Assembly: GCF_001194135.2 (NCBI RefSeq)
Contig: NC_068992.1
Location: forward strand, 59,473,824-59,537,823
Direction of reading: 5' to 3'
Length of the DNA: 64,000 nucleotides
Source: Octopus bimaculoides
Taxonomy: Eukaryota
Below the pieces are notes generated by a model. The model was not told where the DNA came from and searched no databases. It was given only the letters and a program-made list of their open reading frames with translations. The position numbers and the translations under genes are program-made. This document shows positions 46,932 to 56,941 of this stretch, piece after piece (within the stretch, counting starts at the first letter, position 1; each line of letters opens with the position of its first letter).

Positions 46932-49900
46932 AGTGAAATCGAAATCAAACCAAATTCGATGACAGGCACCTGTGCCAGTGGAGCGCTAACAGCACCATCT
47001 GAGCATGATCATTGCCAGAGCAGGTGCCTGGCTTCTGTGCCGGTGGCACGTAAAAAGCACCATTTGAGCGTGATCGTTACCAGTGTCGCCTTACTGGCAC
47101 TTGTGCTGGTGGCACGTGAAAAAACATTCAAGCGAGGTCGTTGCCAGTGCCGCTGGACTGGCTCCTGTGTAGGTGACACGTAAAGTACACCATTTGAGTG
47201 TGGCCGTTGCCAGTACCGCCTCACTGGCCCTCATGCTGGTGGCATGTAAAAGCACCTACTACACTTTCATAGTGGTTGGCGTTAGGAAGGGCATCCAGCT
47301 GTATAAACTCTGCCAGATCAGATTGGAGCCTGGTGCAGCCATCCGGTTTCACCAGTCCTTAGTCAAAGATTGGGAATAAATAAATTAGAATCCTGTCAAC
47401 TCAGCTGTCTTCGAAATTTTCTCACGTAGTTATTTATAATAAATTTACTGTTTGTGACACAGCATGATGTACGAAAACCATTATCTCCCTTGGATTATAT
47501 TTCTCTGTCTTCTGTTGTGGACGTTCAAATTTCCATTGTTCAGGAAACTGAGATTGAGCTTGATTTATATAGCAAACAGTGTATGCTGCTTATTAAGGCT
47601 AAACTACATGTCATCATCATTCTCATCGTTTTAAGATTCAAAATTCAAATCCCACTTGAAAGGAATAAGATTTCAAGACAGAAGAAATACCAGAGAATGC
47701 AATGATGCAGCTGGTTGCTGTCCCAAATAGGTGAATTCCAGGAATGCTTCCATCAATGGCTGGATAAAGAATATGGGTGCAGAATGGGATTACTTCAAAG
47801 GAGAGTAAATGCTGAATTGATATGTGTTGTAATTTTCTTGTTATTGTACCAATTCCTATACTTTTTGATCAGACTTTGTATATATGTATATATATATATA
47901 TATATATTTGACATTGCAGGCTACTGACCCTCTGCTGCAAGCTTGCATCCGATTGGTTGGTGTGTGGATGAAAGAAGATAGTGAAGCTCTCTGTGATGAA
48001 ATCCATGATCTGGTGCCAATGTTACTGACATTTAGGTAAAAATCTATTTTATCGTTGCTCTCATTTCTTACCATTGTCATCATGAATGATTGCATCTTTG
48101 TCTGCTGTTTCCTTGGTGCCCTCATCGAATATCACTAATATTTGTATATCATTTTGTTGAACCAACAATAGAGTTTCTTTGTTGTAATTTGACCTACTGG
48201 AAACAGCAGCCTAATCTCCCTTGAATCATATCCTACTGTTTTAAATAAGGGAACTGGTGTTGCCATCCGGTTTCACCAGTCCTCAGTCAAATCGTCCAAC
48301 CCATGCTAGCATGGAAAGCGGACGTTAAACGACGATGATGATGATGATGATGATGAAAAGCATTTGAGATGCAGTTATAGCTGTGTGGTTAAAACGTTTG
48401 TTTCTCAGCTGCTTGGTTTTGAGTTCAGTTCCACTGCATGGCACCTTGTGCAAACATCATCTTTAGTCCTGTGTAGACTCTGAGTGGTTTTGGTTGATGT
48501 TAACCGAAAAAAAAGCGTGTGTGTTGTGTAGTGATAAGTGTCAACACATGAAACTCTCAGACCATGAGTCACTCTTTGCTTCTACTAAATATTAATAAAT
48601 ATATACATATAGGCACAGGAGTGGCTGTGTGGTAAGTAGCTTGCTTACCAACCACATGGTTCAATATATATATATATCATCATCATCGTTTAACGTCCGC
48701 TTTCCATGCTAGCATGGGTTGGACGATTTGACTGAAGACTGGTGATCCAGATGGCTACACCAGGCTCCAATCTGATTTGGCAGAGTTTCTAAAATATATA
48801 TATATACAGAGACAGATGATACATTAGAAAAATGTAGATCTAGATATACTTCTAAAAAGACTGGGTGGTCAAATTTGGAACATCTGTAGTGATAGGTGTG
48901 CATGGATAGGATTGACCTAGGGATGAATAACAACAAAATGAGGCAATGAGAGAATTAGTTTGCTAGAAATTGCAATCAAATGCCCCTTTAAGAAAAAGAT
49001 TGGCTGGATACATTAGATAATGCAGTAGTAAATATAGAATGTCTGATAAAAAGGGCTGGAGGGATGGTTATAGTTGGAAAGTCTGTAATCATAGATCTGC
49101 TCAATGAGAACTGACCAGCCTCTAAGAATCATCATTATCTCTTTAAGAAATCGGTTGCTGTGTGGTTAAGAAACTCTCTTTGCAAGCATGTGGTTTCGAG
49201 TTCAGTCCCCCTGAATGGTAGCTTGGCCAAGTGTCTTCTACTACAGCCCTGGGATGACCAATACCTTGTGAGTGAATTTGGTTGATGGAAACTGTGTTGA
49301 AGCCTATCATGTGTATGCGTTTGTGTTTGTCCTCCTACTGTCACTGTTGGTTTGTTTATGTCTCTAACTTAGCAGTTCAAGAAAAAGATATTGATAGAAT
49401 AAGTACCACAATTTATGACATATATAGAGGTGCTGGGGTTGATTTGTTTGACTAAACTCTTCAAGGTAGTACTCCAGCATGGTCGCAGTCCAATGACTGA
49501 AGCAAGTAAAAGATGAAACATAAAAATGTAAAGAAGTAAAAATCTGAGAAGGTGAAAGGTCATCAGGAAACATCTTATTCCGTTCTATTTTCAGTAAAAA
49601 CCTCCTTTGTACGGATGAGGTCGAGAACCCTGTGGTCAGCTGTTCAGGTGTTTTGTCCCCTTTGTTTGAAGGGTTCTGTCAGCTTGCCTCCGACACCAAG
49701 GGCAGGGAACAGCTACTACAACATGAGGCCTACGTCCCAGTCGGTCAATATTTGTTACATGCTCTCAGTCAGTTTCCTGAGACAGACGCTAACATCCTGG
49801 TAAGTTCTTTTTGTCAATGTTATTTTTGAATAATAATATCCCTCCCTCTTTTCCACTCACTGTTCCTGGGAGGGTCATGAGCGAGTCCTAAGACACCTCC

Positions 49901-52900
49901 TCCATGGGGTCCCATCAGAAGCAACTATCATTATACTTTGTGGTTGGATTCCCAAACTTGACCGACTTAGACCATAGATATTATCCAATCATCTCATTCT
50001 TGGTCTACTCTTCGGTCTCCGGTCAGTTGGCTCAGCTTGAAGAATTCATCATGTAATTCTTACCTGTGACATTCTAATCACATGTCAATAGTACCGGAGC
50101 TGTGACCTTTCAATGTGGAAAAGTAGCAGCTCAACCTAGAGAGACTCACCCTGCTGAATAATATTACTCCAGAGGTCCTTTGAAGGGACCCCATTTAGGC
50201 CACTTGTATTCGTGATTGTAGCTTTTAATTTTGCACAAGGCCAGAAGTTTTGAGGGGAGGGAGCAAGTCCTTAACATCAACACCAATATTTGGCTAGTAC
50301 TTTATTTCGTCGACCTCAGAGGTCTGAAAGACAAGATTAACCTCTGGGGCTAATTTCCTTCACTAAAATGACCTCAGAGGTGAATGGCAAGATTGACCTT
50401 GGCTTAATCTATTTGACTAAAACCCTCCAAGGTGGTACTCCAGCATGGCTGTTGTCCAATGATTGAAATAAATTAAAGAATATAAATAATCTCTCAGGAG
50501 ACAGGACACAAACTCTGTGGTCCCATGATGCATGTTCAGTTTTTCTTTAAAATTTCCTGTGTTATGAACTTTTACAGCTTCCTACTTCTTTGCAAATGTC
50601 ATGACTGTCAGGCAAAACTTTCCATGGCTCACAGCATCTGCTTTCGCAGTGGGATCATTGGCCCTTGTTATGGAGGATCATCCAGATTTGGGATCATCTT
50701 TGGTAGATGTTCTTCCAAATTTGAAATGCTTGTATCACAGGTGTTGCGTTCAGCCCCACGTTGTGGTACATTGACCAAGTGTCTTCTTCAACCAAAACCT
50801 TGTGAGTAGATTTGGTAGACAGAAACTGAAAGAAGCCCATTGCATATATGTGTGCATGTACATGCACAAGCGTGTGTGTTACTGTCTCCTTGCTTAGATT
50901 TTGCATAATAGCTGTAGACAAATGTCTGCTTTCCATGCTGGCATGGGTTAGATGGTTTGACTGGAACTGGTAAGCTGGGGAGCTACATCAGGTTCAAATC
51001 TGATTTAGCAGTTTTTCTACAGCTGGATGCCCTTCCTAATGCCAACCACTCCAAGAGTGTAGTGGGTGCCTTTTATGTGCCATTATATGACACTGGGAGC
51101 CATGTCCTTCATTTTCAATTTTACCATGTAAGCATGTCTAACCATTGAGAAATATTACTGTACTTGGAAATGTGTGAGGGTTGATGGCAGGAAGGGCATC
51201 CAGTCATAGAAAATCCACTTAAGCAAATTCCATACAGCACATGTAAGTATGGAAAAGTATGACGAGGAAGACGAAGATGAAGAATAAATAGATCCAGATG
51301 TTCCTAACAGTTAAGACTTCTAAATATCCCAATATTATTGTTGTTATTTCCAGCTGTGTGTGGAGACCCTCTGTGACCTTTTGCTTCAACTCACCGAGAC
51401 AGATACATGTTTTATTGACTCAGACTCTATATATGTTAGTTTATTCAACAGAATCTCAGAAGTTCTTCACCAAATTGGTAAGTATTCAGCAAATTTCTTG
51501 TCATTCTTGTTATAGTTTTGAGAGAAAATGAAATATTAATCACCATCTTTGATGGTATGTAAGGTGCCCTTTTTTACCCTTAAAAATTTCACGCAAAATC
51601 ACCTCAAGTCTTATATGCAAAGTTAAGCTTCCCATGGGTTTTAACCTATTAGCATTTAAACTGGTTATATCCAGCCCCATATATTCCACTTCTTTTATGT
51701 TCAAACTGGCCTGATTTGATCTCTCACACCTACCCTACAATGCCATTCTAAAATATACAATCACATCATTGTAATCTTAAGATCATCATCATCATCATCA
51801 TCGTTTTGGACGATTTGACTGAGGACTGGTGAAACCAGATGGCTACACCAGGCTCCAATCTGATTTGGCAGGGTTTCTACAGCTGGATGCCCTTCCTAAC
51901 GCCAACCACTCAGAGAGTGTAGTGGGTGCTTTTACGTGTCACCCGCACGAAGGCCAGTCAGGCGGTACTGGCAACGGCCATGCTCAAAATGGTGCATTTC
52001 ATGTGCCACCCGCACGAAAAAAAAAAAAAAAAGTGTGTTTGTGTTTATCTATTTTAATTGTTATTCCTTCATGTTTCAGTTTTCAAAAGTGAATGTCTCA
52101 ATGTAGTTGCTGTGATGTCCCTTCTTGGCCTAACACTATTCAATTCACATCATATAACAAGAGGTAAGCCATCTACTTATCTAAATGCTCTAAATGCTCC
52201 AGTCATTTTAACTATTGTCCAAGTCCATGTGTAACAAAATAAAAATAAAGAAATTGGTCTTGGTCAGAATTTTTTGACGAAGGATGCTAAACTTATCAGG
52301 TGAGATGGCACAGGACCGAGATACCTCACACCTTGCTGTACTCAAGAAGACCCGTACTCTGCAGCAGAAGTGTTAAGACTGATCCCTCTGGTGGTGAAAA
52401 GCACTTGTGATGGTGCGACGTAAAAGCGCCCATGCAGTGCCACACAAAAGCACCCGTGTAGTGTCATGTAAAAGTGCCTGTGTGACGTCACATAAAGGCA
52501 CCTGTGTGGTACCATGTAAAAGCACCAGTGCAGTGTCACATAGACGTGCTTGTGGGGTGCCATGTAAAAGCACCCAGCGCATTCTTTAAAGTGGTTGGCA
52601 TTAAGAAGGGCATCCAGCCGTAGAAACCCTGCCAAATCAGAGTGGAATCTGGTGCAGCTTGCCAGTTCTAGTCAAAACCGTCCAACCCATGCCAGCATGG
52701 ACAATGAATGTTAAATGATGAAATATTCATTTGTTTGATCAACCGAATGACCCACTCATTGAATTAACATATAAATGGCTGAGTATTCCAATGATAGATA
52801 TTTTCTTCTTGGAAAAATGTTTCTTTTGTTTTGTAGAAGTGGAAGAAGTGAAACAGAAGACGTTATTAAAGTCAACAATAACGTTCCTAAGTAGGGCCCA

Positions 52901-55900
52901 CCTTTTAGACTCTCAGCGGAACCGGAAAGAAAAAGTGCTGGTCATCAACGAAGAATACCAGGTTCATTGGGATTCTGTGTCAGGTTATTGGCTGTCAACT
53001 ATGAAAGGTAATCATGACTTCCTTTTGAGAATTGTTCTGTGTTTTCTGAGTCCTTGCTGCTGTTTGTTTTGTCTACCCTCAGACTGGATGGCCATGTATC
53101 TCCTTTACAATAGCACATCTGTTTCTGTCCACATTCTCTCTCTCTCTCTCACTGGGTAACCATGTTCCTCCTTTATAGCAAGACACCTGTTTCTGCCTCT
53201 CTGTCTCTCTCGAACTTTTTTTCATCTGACAGATCACCTCCTCCAACCCCCCCCCTCTCCTCTCAAAAGGATCTTTGTCTTGCTAGTTACTTGGTGACCC
53301 TGCCAATGTTGGTACCATGAAAAAGCATCCAGTCCTCACTGTAAAGTGGTTAGTATTTGGAAGGGCATCCAGCTCCCCCAAAAAAAAAGCCATGCCAAAA
53401 TGGACACAGAAGTCTGGTGCAGGCTCCTGCCTGGTCAGCTCCTGTCAACCTGTCCAACCCATGCCAGCATTGGAAGATGGACGTTAAACGATGATGGTGG
53501 TGGTAAAATAACTAATTCTTCTGTATGTCTTGATTCAACTCCTTTGCTCTGTTGCTTCAGATAAAATTTCTATCCATCTCTTCCAGTGCTGACCAAATGT
53601 ATCCAGAATCACCCACAGCTGACCACTACAGTGTTATTACAAACTGGCTGGATCCCTCGATTGTTAAAACTACTTGTTGATGTCCAGAGTAAGTATCCTT
53701 CATTCATTTCATTTGATGCAATGTGTGTGTGTGTGTGTATGAAAATAATGAGTCCTACAAAAAGTGTTTTGTTTCATCTGGATATTTTATTAAAAGCAAT
53801 GTTTCTCAAAGTTTTCTAATACATATTAAAACATTCAGTCCTAACACAGTTCTTTCTTCAAGTGGTCTAACCATGCTCCTCTGAGCTGGTAGCCCCACGA
53901 GTTACTCTGAGTGAGTCATTGTGGTAGTATTGATATTTCACCACTTCCATGATAACCAACGTTACTTTTTATTTGAGTGTAAGTTTGAAAGCTGAGTCAA
54001 CAGAAACGAGTTATGACTGGACGAAATCTCCAGGCTGTTTAAATGTACAAATCTCTGATATCCAAGAGGTTAAAAGTGTCTGCTGAAGGGTGCCCAGGAG
54101 TCACGACCTCAAAGCATCCAGCCCCTTTAGAGTGTAAGATGTTAAGGACTGAAATGCTTGCCTGATGGGGTTTCTTCTCCGAAGACCTTCTGCTGTTCAA
54201 CTCTCTTGAGAGTTTATTACACTATATATGTGTGTGTATGTTTTTGTATATGTATTTTTTTTTTTTTTTGTGCGGGTGGCACATGAAATGCACCATTTTG
54301 AGCGTGGCCGTTGCCAGTACTGCCTGACTGGCCTTTGTGCGGGTGACACGTAAAAGCACCCACTACACTCTCTGAGTGGTTGGCATTAGGAAGGGCATCC
54401 AGCTGTAGAAACTCTGCCAAATCAGATTGGAGCCTGGTGTAGCCATCTGGTTTCACCAGTCCTCAGTCAAATCGTCCAACCCATGCTAGCATGGAAAGCG
54501 GACGTTAAACGACGACGACGACAACATACACATGTTTGTAAATATATATGTATATATATATATAATAATAAGATGAGAGTATAGAAAGGTAATTAATAAA
54601 TTATTATTTATTAATTAAAGAATTGACAAACATCCCTTACAGCAGTTTCAATTCAGGCTCTCAGAAAATTAATTAATTAAATCAAAAATTATATGAAAGT
54701 CGAATCTCTTCAGAGGTAGATAAAGGTATACACAGTAGGTGTTCAATTTCCTCATATTGAGTAAACAACTGCAAACCTATATATATATATATATATATAT
54801 ATAAGCATGTAAAAACCACTATCCAAACGTGTCCAATACCAGTGCTGCCTGACTAGCCCCCATGCTGGTGGCATGTAAAAAGCACCCACTACAATCTCAG
54901 AGTGGTTGGCGTTAGGAAGGGCATCCAGCTGTAGAAACATTGCCAGATCAGATTGGAGCCTGGTGCAGCCTCCTGGTTTGCCAGTCCCCAGCATGGAAAA
55001 CAGACATTAAATGATGATGATGGTAAGAAACTGCACTGGAATTAAAAGAAATTATACAAAACTGAGCTAACCCAAACGAAGGACTATTGAAAGTATATGC
55101 TATTATAAAAAGCAAGGATATATTATTGCTGGGAAGCGCTCCTCCGCTCACTTTTATAAATTTGCTGTGTTGCTTAGAAAGTTTTGCACACTCCTACTTG
55201 ACCTTACTTTCTCATTATTAAGAGTCCCTCCTTTCAACAAAATGCAGCACTCCTTTATTTCTTTGTTTCTCTTTCAATGTAATTTTTTCCTCCTCTGCTT
55301 CCTCTTGACTTCATTTTCTTCCTATCCTTCTCATCTTTAGTAATATTGTTGTTGTCTTCAAAAACCCATTTTGTTTTACTTTCTTTTCTCTAGAGATCAG
55401 TGTTCATGTGGATTATAGCAGTGCCTACCTGAACCTACTGTATGCCCTGATCATCACCAAGGAAGCTAGAACTGTGATAATCGATAACTGTGGAGCTGAA
55501 GTGGCCAAGTAAGTTAAACACTAACACTGTTCTCTTCATCTTCATCATCATCATCATCATCATCGTTTAACGTCCGCTTTCCATGCTAGCATGGGTTGGA
55601 CGATTTGACTGAGGACTGGTGAAACCGGATGGCAACACCAGGCTCCAGTCTGATTTGGCAGAGTTTCTACAGCTGGATGCCCTTCCTAACGCCAACCACT
55701 CAGAGAGTGTAGTGGGTGCTTTTACGTGTCTTGTTGTTATGAAATGATGGATGATAACGAATAGCCAATACTTGATAATATATTACCCATTTTTATCATG
55801 GGAACAGGCATGGCTGTGTGGTTAAGAAGTTAGCTTCTTGATCATAGGGTACTGGGTTCATCCCTATTGCATGACACCTTGGGCAAGTATCTTCTATTAT

Positions 55901-56910
55901 AGCCCTGGTCTGACCAAGGCCTTGTGAGTGGATTTGGTAGATGGAAACTGAAAGAAGCTTGTCATTTGTGGGTGTGTATGTGTCCGTCCTTGACTTGATG
56001 TGGTGTAATGTCATAAATGAATGTCATTCATTTCTGTTATTTTGTGAAAACCTGTCTGGTCATGGGGAAATATTACTTTGGCTGGAAACAGATGAGGGTT
56101 GGTGACAGGAACAGCATCCGTCCATACAAAATCTGCCTCAATGAACTCTGACCCATGCAAGCACTGAAAAGTGGACATTAAAGTGATGATGATACAACTT
56201 ATTGTGGTTCTGTGCTGGTTCAGGTATGTAATGTATAGAGATGATGATGATGACTGGGTAATAAAAAAAAGGTGTCAGGTGATCCAAATGGGAAGAATTT
56301 GTGGAAGAGGAAGACATAGGAAGATGATTAAGGTGAGGGAACTAATATTAGGAGGCTGACCCTCACAAAAACATTGACAAAGAATCCACAATAAGTTGCA
56401 AGATGCTGTAGTGGAGAAGAACTGCCCATCGCATGCAAGTGTGGAAAACAGGCATGAAGGAGGAGGAGAGGAAGAAGAAGAAGAAGAGGATGATGGTGAT
56501 AATGACCATCATCATCATCATTATCAAGGGTGGTGAGCTGGTAGAATCGTTAGCGTGCCGGCTGAAATGCTTAGCGGTATTTCGTTTGCCGTTACGTTCT
56601 GAGTTCAAATTCCGCCGAGGTTGAATTTGCCTTTCATCCTTTCGGGGTCGATAAATTAAGTACCAGTTACGCACTGGGGTCGATGTAATCGACTTAATCC
56701 CTTTGCCTGTCCTTGTTTGTCCCTTCTGTGTTTAGCCCCTTGTGGGCAATAAAAAAAAATAAAACAAATAAGAATCGTTAGCATGCTGGGTGAAATGCTT
56801 AGCGGCATTTCGTCTGTCTTTAAATTCTGAGTTCAAATTCTGCCAAGGGTAACTTTGCCTTTCATGGTTTTGGAGTCAATAAAATAAGTACCATTTAATA
56901 TTTGTGTGTG

Positions 56911-56941
<31 letters not shown>

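Noticed and set aside
52389-52578. CRISPR array
   Set aside because: Units are contiguous and diverged with no unique spacers, no cas genes, a eukaryotic intron context, and the unit derives from a retroelement motif.
53555-53586. Alternative NCDN exon 16 acceptor at about 53560
   Set aside because: It introduces an in-frame TGA; the 53587 acceptor keeps the frame and the homology.
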